Assembly: GCA_011364925.1 (NCBI GenBank)
Contig: RDOA01000052.1
Coordinates: 1 to 25,053, forward strand
Direction: 5' to 3'
DNA from: Promethearchaeota archaeon
GTDB taxonomy: Archaea > Asgardarchaeota > Lokiarchaeia > Sigyniarchaeales > SOKP01
Length of the DNA: 25,053 nt
Position numbers and translations under genes: made by a program. Of this stretch, positions 1-8,486 are shown one piece after another (the first letter of the stretch is position 1; each line of letters opens with the position of its first letter). The notes below the pieces were generated by a model, which did not search any database, was not told the origin of the DNA, and saw only the letters and a program-made list of their open reading frames with translations.

Positions 1-1
1 T

Positions 2-994
2 GTATGTGCTGTGAATAGTTCAGATAAAACGCTTTATACATACATGGGTAAATTATTGCCAAGGTTTGGTAACGCTCATTTTGCCGGAGCTGGTGCACTA
101 AGTCCATTAAGTAACGATCCTGACTACGAAACAATTGGTATAGGAACGAGAATTTTCCTTGGAGGAGGGATTGGATATGTTATAGGAGAGGGTACCCAGC
201 ATAGTCCGGGGAGTAGATTTGGAACGTTATTTGTAAAAGGGGATTTAAAGCAAATGTCACCAGAGTACTTGAGAGGAGTAACTTACGAAAAGTACGGTAC
301 TTCTCTCGTTGTAGGCTTGGGAATCGCAATTCCAATATTAAACGAGGGATTAGCGAGAAAAACTGCCGTATCTGATGCAGAGCTTTTCACGGATGTCGTT
401 GATTATAGCGTTCCCAGAAGAGATCGCCCTAAAATTAAACAAGTAAGTTATAAAGAAATGAAAAGTGGGTATATTGAGCTAAACGGGAAAATGGTAAAGT
501 GTTCTCCTATGTCGTCATTTTACCACGCGAATAAGATCGCTGAGACTTTAAAAAAATGGATTCAAGAGGGAAAATTCTTCTTAAATCCACCGGCTGAGAC
601 ACTGGCAACTGATACTGAGTTCAAACCAATGAGAATTACATCGGAATTGAAGTTCGTAAAAGATTTAAAGAAAAAAGCAAAGACCTGCTACGATGATTGC
701 GATATTAAGGTTGTTGCGGAAAGAATTGTACGAAATAATGTAAATCACATAGTCATCATTGATCGAGAAAATACGCTAAAAGGAATTGTCACGAGTTTTG
801 ATATCACTAAAGCTATAGCTGAAGATAAGCATAAATTAGATGAGATCGTTACGACTAGAGTCATCACTACTTCTGATAACGAGCCTCTTGATGTAGCTGC
901 AAGGAGAATGAAAACTAATGAGATATCGGCTTTACCAGTCGTAGATGATCAGAAAAAAGTAGTTGGGATTATCACTTCGGAGGAGTTGATGTGA
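2..994 (+). CDS. L-aspartate semialdehyde sulfurtransferase (DUF39 + CBS pair; homocysteine biosynthesis, MA1821-like), 5'-truncated
   Basis: Frame is open to the window edge (V-C-A before the GTG at 11), so the real start lies upstream. DUF39-type motifs TLYTYMGKLLP, GAGALSPLSNDP, TIGIGTRIFLGG and GEGTQH are followed by two CBS repeats (GIVTSFDI; LPVVD..VVGIITSEE). The next gene is the expected NIL-ferredoxin partner. Confidence 0.9.
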   Translation, partial: VCAVNSSDKTLYTYMGKLLPRFGNAHFAGAGALSPLSNDPDYETIGIGTRIFLGGGIGYVIGEGTQHSPGSRFGTLFVKGDLKQMSPEYLRGVTYEKYGTSLVVGLGIAIPILNEGLARKTAVSDAELFTDVVDYSVPRRDRPKIKQVSYKEMKSGYIELNGKMVKCSPMSSFYHANKIAETLKKWIQEGKFFLNPPAETLATDTEFKPMRITSELKFVKDLKKKAKTCYDDCDIKVVAERIVRNNVNHIVIIDRENTLKGIVTSFDITKAIAEDKHKLDEIVTTRVITTSDNEPLDVAARRMKTNEISALPVVDDQKKVVGIITSEELM

Positions 995-995
995 C

Positions 996-1388
996 GTGAC
1001 GATTATTAATTGTACGATCCCATTTGGAGTTATCCGAGATATTAGTAATTACTCGAAAATAATTAACGAAATTTTAAAATTCGAAATTAGTTTCAACATA
1101 TTAAAGTTTTCGACAGACTCAAATGGTGCAAATATATTATTAGATGTACCTGAAGATAAGATTAAATCCATAACAGAATCTTTAAAGGAAAACAATGTAA
1201 TTGTTAACACGAAAGGACGAGTTATCGTTTTAGACAATTGTATAGATTGTGGAGCGTGTATTTCATTGTGTCCCACCGAAGCGTTACACTTTAACGATGA
1301 GTTCAAGTTAGAATTTGCCTACGAAAAGTGTATTGGTTGTTTACTGTGTTTAGACTCATGTCCGAGATCTGCTATCGAAGAAATGTGA
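996..1388 (+). CDS. NIL domain + 2[4Fe-4S] ferredoxin (MA1822-like partner of the sulfurtransferase)
   Basis: Two CxxCxxCxxxCP motifs (CIDCGACISLCP, CIGCLLCLDSCP) follow an approximately 70-aa NIL-like N-terminus. The GTG start is 1 nt after the upstream stop. Confidence 0.88.
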   Translation: MTIINCTIPFGVIRDISNYSKIINEILKFEISFNILKFSTDSNGANILLDVPEDKIKSITESLKENNVIVNTKGRVIVLDNCIDCGACISLCPTEALHFNDEFKLEFAYEKCIGCLLCLDSCPRSAIEEM

Positions 1389-1411
1389 AATTATTTTTCT
1401 CTTTTTTTAGG

Positions 1412-2425
1412 TTATTGTTGAGTTATAATGTCAAAAATTTCTCCAAGACGGGGTGTTTTTCTTGTCAAGGAAATGCACCGTTCTTCCTCGCATCCTCTAA
1501 GAATAGCGATTAATTCGTTTAAATGGATTGTAGGAATTTCTAGTTTCTCACCAAACCAATTCTTAATATTATCTCTATATTCAGGTTTGCTTAAGGTATA
1601 GAGACAAGTAGGGCAAGGCATCAATATAAAATCCGCACCTACATTTTCCGCGCTTTTTAATTTAGTATATGTTATTTTAAGAGCTTCCCGAGGGTTGATT
1701 AGTAATTGGCTAGCACCCCAGCCACAGCAACTCTCTCTTTCTTGATAATCGACAGGAATTCCTCCAAAAAGCTCGATAAGTTCCTCTAGTTTGGTTTTAC
1801 TCCCTAAATAACTCTCAATTGTCTTTTTATCTCTTGAAAGGTTTAAATAATGGCATCCGTAGTGTACAGCGACTTTAAGGTCTCTCAAATCGAATTTCAA
1901 AGTATTTAGCACATCGTTCCTAATAAGATATAAAAAATCTAAATCGTGTACTAGTTTTATTTTGGGATTTTCCAAAATCTTATATATCCCCGGATATCTC
2001 TCCACTCCAACCTTTTTATGGATCGTATTTAATATTTCTTGAGTTTTTATTCTCACTTCAGGAGTTTTTAGAAAATCTCGCCCTCTCAGAAGTGAATTAT
2101 AGCATCCATTACAACTGAAAAAAGCAATGTCTGCTTGTTGATTCATTTCGCTAAGATTTCTTTCGTTTATAGCGGAAAATTGGGCTCTTGTAATAAGATT
2201 TCTCTGGAAAAAGGTTCCACTACAGCAAGATTGATTTTTGCATGTAGTAACCTCAAGCTGTAATTCTTCTAAGAGATCTTGAAAGCCCCACCTTACTCCT
2301 GGAAAGTATTTTTCTAAACATGCTCTAAATAAACATAATTTCTTTTCTTTAAAATAATCTAAGGGACTTTCGGGAAATTCTTCTTCGATTGCTTGTAAGT
2401 CTAATGCTAGAGTATTAAAATTCAT
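1412..2425 (-). CDS. hdrB: Heterodisulfide reductase subunit B-like protein (two CCG domains)
   Basis: Cys motifs FRAC, QSCCSG, SCNGC, HYGCH, SCCGWG and PCPTC. Lies directly downstream of an HdrC-like gene. Confidence 0.85.
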   Translation of the reverse strand: MNFNTLALDLQAIEEEFPESPLDYFKEKKLCLFRACLEKYFPGVRWGFQDLLEELQLEVTTCKNQSCCSGTFFQRNLITRAQFSAINERNLSEMNQQADIAFFSCNGCYNSLLRGRDFLKTPEVRIKTQEILNTIHKKVGVERYPGIYKILENPKIKLVHDLDFLYLIRNDVLNTLKFDLRDLKVAVHYGCHYLNLSRDKKTIESYLGSKTKLEELIELFGGIPVDYQERESCCGWGASQLLINPREALKITYTKLKSAENVGADFILMPCPTCLYTLSKPEYRDNIKNWFGEKLEIPTIHLNELIAILRGCEEERCISLTRKTPRLGEIFDIITQQ

Positions 2426-2453
2426 TTTTTCATAATAATTATTAAATTATGTC

Positions 2454-2969
2454 TCAGTTCCTCTTTCTTTTCGCTTTTTGTTTCTCGTTACTTGCTTTAA
2501 ACACATACTTTATTCGAGCAAAATCGCATATCGTGTCTAACTCATCAATTCGTTCTTGAGGCAAGTCTTCTCCTAGAGGTTCCTCTAATATTATACCCTG
2601 AGTGAGAAATCTCTCGGACATCTCAACATATTTTCTCAAATCGTTATACCTTGGACCAAAACCCCTCTTAAAAGATTCGTTCCTTAAATTGATGATAAGT
2701 AAGGGAATATTAATATTTTCTTTTGGACATACTCGTTTACACCGTTCACATAAATAACAATGCCAAATATCTGAATCTTTTAACACACTTTTATCTCCGC
2801 GGAGAACTTTCTTAATAATTTTTCTACTATTAAAATTGGAAACTTTTGCGGCTGGACAATCCCCTACACACTTCCCACACGCAATGCATTGTATAATATT
2901 TTTATTTTCCTCAACATCTTCTACGATTTCGTCAAATAATTCCCAATTCCAATCAGTGTGTTCGTCCAT
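2454..2969 (-). CDS. hdrC: Heterodisulfide reductase subunit C-like 2[4Fe-4S] protein
   Basis: CIACGKCVGDCP and IWHCYLCERCKRVCP with HdrC-like spacing. 28 nt upstream of the hdrB-like gene. Confidence 0.85.
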   Translation of the reverse strand: MDEHTDWNWELFDEIVEDVEENKNIIQCIACGKCVGDCPAAKVSNFNSRKIIKKVLRGDKSVLKDSDIWHCYLCERCKRVCPKENINIPLLIINLRNESFKRGFGPRYNDLRKYVEMSERFLTQGIILEEPLGEDLPQERIDELDTICDFARIKYVFKASNEKQKAKRKRN

Positions 2970-3195
2970 TTTGCACGCAATTTATAATATTTATTGGAAT
3001 ATATAAGTTTCTAAGAGAGATCAAATGATTATAATTATCAGTTGTTATAAGATTTATTGATTATGAAATTAATTAGAAGTTCGTAACTTAGTTAATTATA
3101 ATAAATTTAAATTAAGAAATCATATTAGTAATTATTATTAAGAAAGCACATATAAGCAAAAATCAATACACAATATATTTTTTGGGTATAATTTC

Positions 3196-3897
3196 ATGGT
3201 TTTATATAAAGATGGGAAAGTTTATTTAAAGATAGTATACTGGGGAATGGGAGGGTCGGGTAAGACGACCATTCTAAAAACCTTATATCAAATAACCAAA
3301 GAAAGTAAAAAGGACATTATCCCTATTGGTGAATTACAAATTATTGAAAAAGAAAGTGGAGCTACGTTGTATTTCGACCGTGGCCTTTTTCAATCCACTA
3401 AGCAAAAAAAAGTGTTTTACCGCGTTTACACTGTTGCTGGTCAAAAAGGTTTCTCTCCACTAAGGAGAAAAATTTTTGATAAAACTGATGATCAAACCGA
3501 CGCTGTTATTTTAGTAGTTGACTCACAAACTCATTTTTTAGAAGATAACGTTGAATCTTTGTTGGAACTGAAGAATATGGCAAGAGATAGGCTTATCAAC
3601 GAAATTCCCATGATTGTTATGTTAAATAAGCAAGATCTTGATAATGTTATAGGTGTAGAAGATTTTAAGCTAATTTTGAAGGACGAAAAACTATGGTATG
3701 ACCCAGATAATAAATTGTATATTTGGAATCCTTTAATTTACGCTTCATGTGCGCTTTATGAAAAAAAGAAGGAAATTTATCGAAGTTTTCACGAATGTGC
3801 CCGTCGAACAGTGCTTTATCATATTTATGGCGATGGAAAAGCACCATTTGATGGCGATGGCGATAGTTTTCTTGACACATCAATAGTAAACATATAA
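3196..3897 (+). CDS. MglA-like (Arf-related) small GTPase
   Basis: KIVYWGMGGSGKTT (G1), TLYFD (switch I), YTVAGQ (MglA-type G3, TxxGQ), VILVVDS, NKQD (G4). Confidence 0.85.
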   Translation: MVLYKDGKVYLKIVYWGMGGSGKTTILKTLYQITKESKKDIIPIGELQIIEKESGATLYFDRGLFQSTKQKKVFYRVYTVAGQKGFSPLRRKIFDKTDDQTDAVILVVDSQTHFLEDNVESLLELKNMARDRLINEIPMIVMLNKQDLDNVIGVEDFKLILKDEKLWYDPDNKLYIWNPLIYASCALYEKKKEIYRSFHECARRTVLYHIYGDGKAPFDGDGDSFLDTSIVNI

Positions 3898-3958
3898 CTA
3901 CATTAATCTATTTGCTTAGTTTATATTAAATTAACATAAAAGCTACTATTAAAAGTAG

Positions 3959-5041
3959 TCATATTACGATGTAATCTAATAAAGTTGAATTCTCATTAAA
4001 TTGCCCCATTAACAATTCTAAATGGGTTAAGTATTGATCTAATGTTATTTCTTGATTCTTATAGCGAGAGGGTAATATTTTTAGTATGTAATAGGGCGTA
4101 AATTTAATAAATCGAATATCAGTAAATAGATACACCTTTCCCAGCGCTTCGAATATAATATTTTTTTCTTGTAATTCTTCAAACAATTCTTCTCTATTAC
4201 TCAAACAGTTAAGGCAGTCGTTTACAGTTAATACGGTTGTTCTTAAAGTTCTAACTAACTCGTAGACTTCATTGTCATTTAGGAAATTAATTAGCGCTTT
4301 GTTATCTATTTCTTGATTACAATTATAGTTGGAATAGAAGTTCACAAGTTTTTCTTTGAATTTACCCACTACTATTTCCTCGATATTTTCAGTAGTTATC
4401 TTTTTAGGAGGTATTCGCATATAAGTTAAATCCTTAATTAAAAAGTAGCAATCTTTACTCCCAGGGACACTTTTTTTAAGAATTAATTTTTCTCTAAGAA
4501 AAGACACTAATAATAAATCTATATTAATCGTAGAGAACCCGTATTGTTGCCGTAGAATCTTTTTCAACTCGGCTTTAGAAATCACACCATTTCTTAGAAT
4601 TTGTAGGATTGTAGCTTTTATCTTTTCCTGAAAAAAAGCAACTAAATCTTCTCCTTCGAATTTACTATAATCCTTTAAAGTATTAAACGCTTCAGAGATT
4701 GCTCTGGTAATTTTATTGGTATTTATAAGCTCCAGCAGGTTTTTGGTTATAACTGCTAAGATGTCAGAAGAAATAATTTCACTTACTTTACTGTGAGATA
4801 AAAATATTGACACTAAGAAATAAATTTCCCCTTCATACTTTTGTTTGACAGATATAATACTTCTTTCTTCCTCTCCTAACATCAAGTTAAGTTCGATCAG
4901 CGAGTTCTCTTTATTTAATTCGTGTTGGGCCCATATCTTTAGAAAAATATCTTTCGAAGGATAGGCTCCTTCTGGAGGATATTGAATTATTGGACTTGGT
5001 CCAGTACTCTTATTCCAGTGCACGATAATTAAGCGTTCCAT
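3959..5041 (-). CDS. Hypothetical protein: N-terminal longin/uDENN-like domain plus two winged-helix-like segments
   Basis: 360-aa ORF. N-terminal LIIVHWNKSTGPSPIIQYP resembles the beta-hairpin-GP start of longin/uDENN domains. ILQILRNGVISKAEL...LLVSFLREKLILKK and VYELVRTLR...LFEELQEKNIIFE look like wHTH. Domain calls are by pattern only. Confidence 0.6.
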   Translation of the reverse strand: MERLIIVHWNKSTGPSPIIQYPPEGAYPSKDIFLKIWAQHELNKENSLIELNLMLGEEERSIISVKQKYEGEIYFLVSIFLSHSKVSEIISSDILAVITKNLLELINTNKITRAISEAFNTLKDYSKFEGEDLVAFFQEKIKATILQILRNGVISKAELKKILRQQYGFSTINIDLLLVSFLREKLILKKSVPGSKDCYFLIKDLTYMRIPPKKITTENIEEIVVGKFKEKLVNFYSNYNCNQEIDNKALINFLNDNEVYELVRTLRTTVLTVNDCLNCLSNREELFEELQEKNIIFEALGKVYLFTDIRFIKFTPYYILKILPSRYKNQEITLDQYLTHLELLMGQFNENSTLLDYIVI

Positions 5042-5163
5042 TATAGTAAATCCTAACGCATCGATGCTAAAATTATAGGGTTGTTCAATTAGAAACTTGT
5101 TATTTATATAATAATTTAAGGAATTTCAATAATAAATTCTATTGCTAAAAAAAGTCTGATAAA

Positions 5164-5418
5164 TTAAAATAATGAAGAATAAACACTTTTGATCGAGTTT
5201 AATGTATCGATTAATAAATCCCTAAGGTTAATATCTTCAGAGAAATCAACCAATTCAGTTATATCTTTAATCATGTCACGGGCGAGATTTTTCTCGCACT
5301 GAGAATAGTTATGTTTTTGAGAGCTGAAGAGAACGCTGAATTCTTCTTCTAACCAGTTTATTTTTTGAATTAAACTGTCTCTTAACATATTTTCATAATC
5401 CCCGGCCGTTAAAATCAT
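5164..5418 (-). CDS. Small acidic helical hypothetical protein
   Basis: 84-aa ATG-started ORF in an otherwise non-coding gap, with an amphipathic helix pattern. Confidence 0.7.
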   Translation of the reverse strand: MILTAGDYENMLRDSLIQKINWLEEEFSVLFSSQKHNYSQCEKNLARDMIKDITELVDFSEDINLRDLLIDTLNSIKSVYSSLF

Positions 5419-5634
5419 GATATTAAAAAACCCCTTTTTTAATATATAATATATTCTCTAAGAACCTAGTAAGTTTTAGCTTTATATATTTAAGCAAATC
5501 GAAAAGGTATTAGTCGACAAAGTAAACTATTTTTAAATCCTTTAGAAATTTCACAAAAATGAATATTATCGGTTATCAGAAATTAGAGAACTTATAATTT
5601 GGACCTAATTTTCAATGATTTTTATTAAATTTCG

Positions 5635-5799
5635 CTATTCCGAAAAATGGTATCTCGTAATGGTTTTAGAAAGCTCCCATATCGTTTGAATATTATTGGT
5701 ACTAATCGCATTGTTAAGTTCTTTATACAGGTTTGATATAGAAGTAGAATCGGTCTCTAAAAGTTCTTTTCCCATGATTGAATTCTCATGATCTTTCAT
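5635..5799 (-). CDS. Small hypothetical protein, 54 aa (below the ORF-track cutoff)
   Basis: Manual translation: MKDHENSIMGKELLETDSTSISNLYKELNNAISTNNIQTIWELSKTITRYHFSE, stop TAG at 5637-5635. Same strand as both neighbours, and less AT-rich than the flanking spacers. Confidence 0.55.
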   Translation of the reverse strand: MKDHENSIMGKELLETDSTSISNLYKELNNAISTNNIQTIWELSKTITRYHFSE

Positions 5800-5863
5800 A
5801 CCTAAAAATCAAATGATAAAAATTAAAAAATTAAATAATATCACAATCATACGTTTGTATTTT

Positions 5864-6679
5864 TTAAGAGGATACTTCATTTTCCGTTTTCTTCCCGTAA
5901 TACCTACTTATGAGGTAATAGGCTACAAACATTACAACTAAAATTGCTAGTATTATTAATAATACATTATTAAAGAACGCAGATTGTGCTTCAATTTCAG
6001 CTAATGGTAAAGACGCTAAATCAACAGGAGGCGTGATTCCTAATGTTGAGCCTAACCATGAATAAAAAAAAGCTCGAGGGATTGAACCAATAAAAGTCCC
6101 AATCGTATACTTTTTAAGATCCATGTCAACCAAACCAGAAGTGTAGCTAATAGGATCGAACGCTACAAAAGGTAAAAATCTAGCAATAATTATTGCTCCC
6201 ATACCGTATTTATGAATGAAGTTATCTGCTAAATTTATTGCCTTTTCTCCCACAAGCTTTTTAACTACGGGGCGACCTCCTTTTTTACTAATGTAAAAGC
6301 ATAGTAAACCTGCTGCCATGGAGCCAATAATTCCCATTATGCCACCGCCAAATATGCCCCATATTATCCCTGTGGCAAGAAGCACCAGTTCTGAGGGGAT
6401 TGGAACGATAAGTCCTTGAATGGCCATTACTACGATAAATATAAGAATACCGAAAAATCCCAAATACCAAATAGGATTTACAAACCAGTCTATCACAAAA
6501 CGATAAAGAATTGTGCTATCTACAAAATAAATGTAATAAAGCAAAACTAGTGAGAGAATAACTAATACAATAAAGATAATTATATACAAAATTGTTTTAG
6601 CATCATATTGAGAAAAGTTAAGAAGATTTTTGAAGTATTTCCTTAACTTACTTGAATTTGTATCATTAGCATCGCTCAT
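5864..6679 (-). CDS. DedA/VTT superfamily membrane protein (TVP38/TMEM64, SNARE-associated)
   Basis: Multiple TM helices; motifs PIPSE, GGRP and ARFLPFVAFDPISYTSG. ATG at 6679 preferred over TTG at 6688. Confidence 0.88.
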   Translation of the reverse strand: MSDANDTNSSKLRKYFKNLLNFSQYDAKTILYIIIFIVLVILSLVLLYYIYFVDSTILYRFVIDWFVNPIWYLGFFGILIFIVVMAIQGLIVPIPSELVLLATGIIWGIFGGGIMGIIGSMAAGLLCFYISKKGGRPVVKKLVGEKAINLADNFIHKYGMGAIIIARFLPFVAFDPISYTSGLVDMDLKKYTIGTFIGSIPRAFFYSWLGSTLGITPPVDLASLPLAEIEAQSAFFNNVLLIILAILVVMFVAYYLISRYYGKKTENEVSS

Positions 6680-6879
6680 TTTTATCAAATTTTACTAGTC
6701 ATTTAGGATGAATAAATAATTTAAATTTCTATATTAATTATGGTTTTTCAAAATTCAAAAGAAATGTTTTAAGATAAAAATAAAGATAATTCAAAACACG
6801 AGATTTAATAATGAAAAGAAAATAAGTTAATTCTAACTATCAAATTAGTTAAAAGTCAATAATAGTCAAAAAGAATAAG

Positions 6880-7698
6880 GTGTTTAAATTGAAATCTTGG
6901 TCAGAAATTAAGAAACTAACAATTTTTGTTCTTATTACATGGGTAGTTCTCGCTATCTTATTTGGTTTTTTCGATTTAGCCTTATCTATCGCAGTAGTAG
7001 ATGAGGCTTCGGTTTGGGGTCAATTTGGGGCTGATTACGGTGAAACACCGGGATACGCTCTTATCGCCGTTGCATTAGGAACGCTACTTGGGAGTCTTTT
7101 TACAAACTTAAAATTACAAAAAATTCCTGCTTATGTAGGAATAATCGTAGGAATCTTGTTTATTGTATTGATTGGAGACAAATCCTTTACTAAAACGGGA
7201 TGGAGCTTAATTATATCATTAACGATATTTGTAATATTAACCTGGAATAAAGACTGGAAGAACTATAGAAAAATCGCAGGTGTGATTGCACTATTAGCAC
7301 TTATTAATCCCCTCTTATTTGTACAAATTACGAAAATATTAGCCGGGAGGATAAGATTTAGAGATTTAGCTCTAGGTTACACTAACTTTACACCGTGGTT
7401 CTTACCACCTGGTATTTCTGCGGGAGGGAGTTCTTTTCCTTCAGGCCATGCAGCAATGTCATTCATGTTCGTTCCTCTCTTAATCCCTCTAAGTGAAATG
7501 TTAACTAAAGAAAGGAGTAAAAAGATTATTTCAGTCATACTTATGTTTATCGTAATTGGATGGGCGCTATTTGTTGCAGTTTCTAGAGTTGTCATAGGTG
7601 CTCACTATGCATCAGATGTTCTCTTTTCGGGTGGAATGGCTTGTATAATTACTATTTTACTATATAAATGGATTTATAGAACGAAGGGTTCGCAGTGA
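6880..7698 (+). CDS. PAP2 superfamily membrane phosphatase
   Basis: Catalytic motifs KILAGRIR, SFPSGH and SRVVIGAHYASD within a multi-TM protein. Confidence 0.9.
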   Translation: MFKLKSWSEIKKLTIFVLITWVVLAILFGFFDLALSIAVVDEASVWGQFGADYGETPGYALIAVALGTLLGSLFTNLKLQKIPAYVGIIVGILFIVLIGDKSFTKTGWSLIISLTIFVILTWNKDWKNYRKIAGVIALLALINPLLFVQITKILAGRIRFRDLALGYTNFTPWFLPPGISAGGSSFPSGHAAMSFMFVPLLIPLSEMLTKERSKKIISVILMFIVIGWALFVAVSRVVIGAHYASDVLFSGGMACIITILLYKWIYRTKGSQ

Positions 7699-7750
7699 AA
7701 TTTTAAAACCTCGTTTGTCTAACAAAAGGAAATATTAATTGGATTTGATT

Positions 7751-8413
7751 ATGAAAGAAATTATAAAAAATGTGTTTCATGTAGGAGATTCAGGCTGTTC
7801 AGTCTACTTAGTAAACACTAATAGCGAAGATGGGCTTGTTTTGATCGACAGCGGGATGAGTATTGAGATGATAAAGAAAATTAGTACGTATGGATTAAAT
7901 CCAACCAATATTAAGCATTGTATCATTACTCATTTTCACATAGATCATACTGCAGCTTGCTTTGATTTGAAAAGCCTAAACAAACAAGTTAAATTCTACG
8001 CTCACGATTTAGACGCTAATGCCATAGAAGAAAAAGGTCACGATAATAAAACTGCTGCTTCATGGTACGGCATCGATTATAATCCGGTGAAATTAGAGCG
8101 AAAGTTGAGAGGAAACTTGGAAACTCTCCGATTCGGAAATTACGACTTCCAGTGCATTCACACTCCTGGGCACACTCCAGGTTCTATTTCTATTTTGGTA
8201 GAAGTTGAAGGTACTAAAGTTCTTTTTGGTCAAGATATTCATGGACCGTTTTATAAATCCTTTGGGTCGAATCTTAACGATTATCAAAACTCGATGCAAA
8301 AACTCCTAGATGTGAAGCCTGATATTCTATGCGAAGGACATTTTGGTATAATTAAACCTGCAAGTGAAATAGAGCGTTTCATTAAAATGCACATGAGTTT
8401 GAATCGTCCCTAA
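7751..8413 (+). CDS. Metallo-beta-lactamase fold hydrolase (glyoxalase II-like)
   Basis: THFHIDH, HTPGHTPG, GQD and CEGH motifs. ATG at 7751 preferred over TTG at 7739. Confidence 0.9.
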   Translation: MKEIIKNVFHVGDSGCSVYLVNTNSEDGLVLIDSGMSIEMIKKISTYGLNPTNIKHCIITHFHIDHTAACFDLKSLNKQVKFYAHDLDANAIEEKGHDNKTAASWYGIDYNPVKLERKLRGNLETLRFGNYDFQCIHTPGHTPGSISILVEVEGTKVLFGQDIHGPFYKSFGSNLNDYQNSMQKLLDVKPDILCEGHFGIIKPASEIERFIKMHMSLNRP

Positions 8414-8486
8414 AAAAAGGGTGAAAGATTAGATATAACAATTCTAAATTAAAAAGAATTAATGGTTAAAAATTGGTGCTAAAATC

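Noticed and set aside
992-2969. Selenocysteine readthrough at TGA stops of the redox genes (992, 1386, 2454)
   Set aside because: Each TGA falls at the natural end of a complete domain, all Cys motifs are complete, and I saw no SECIS-like stem nearby.
1412-2969. HdrBC as evidence of methanogenesis
   Set aside because: Hdr-like proteins are common in non-methanogenic anaerobes, and no mcr or mtr genes are in the window.
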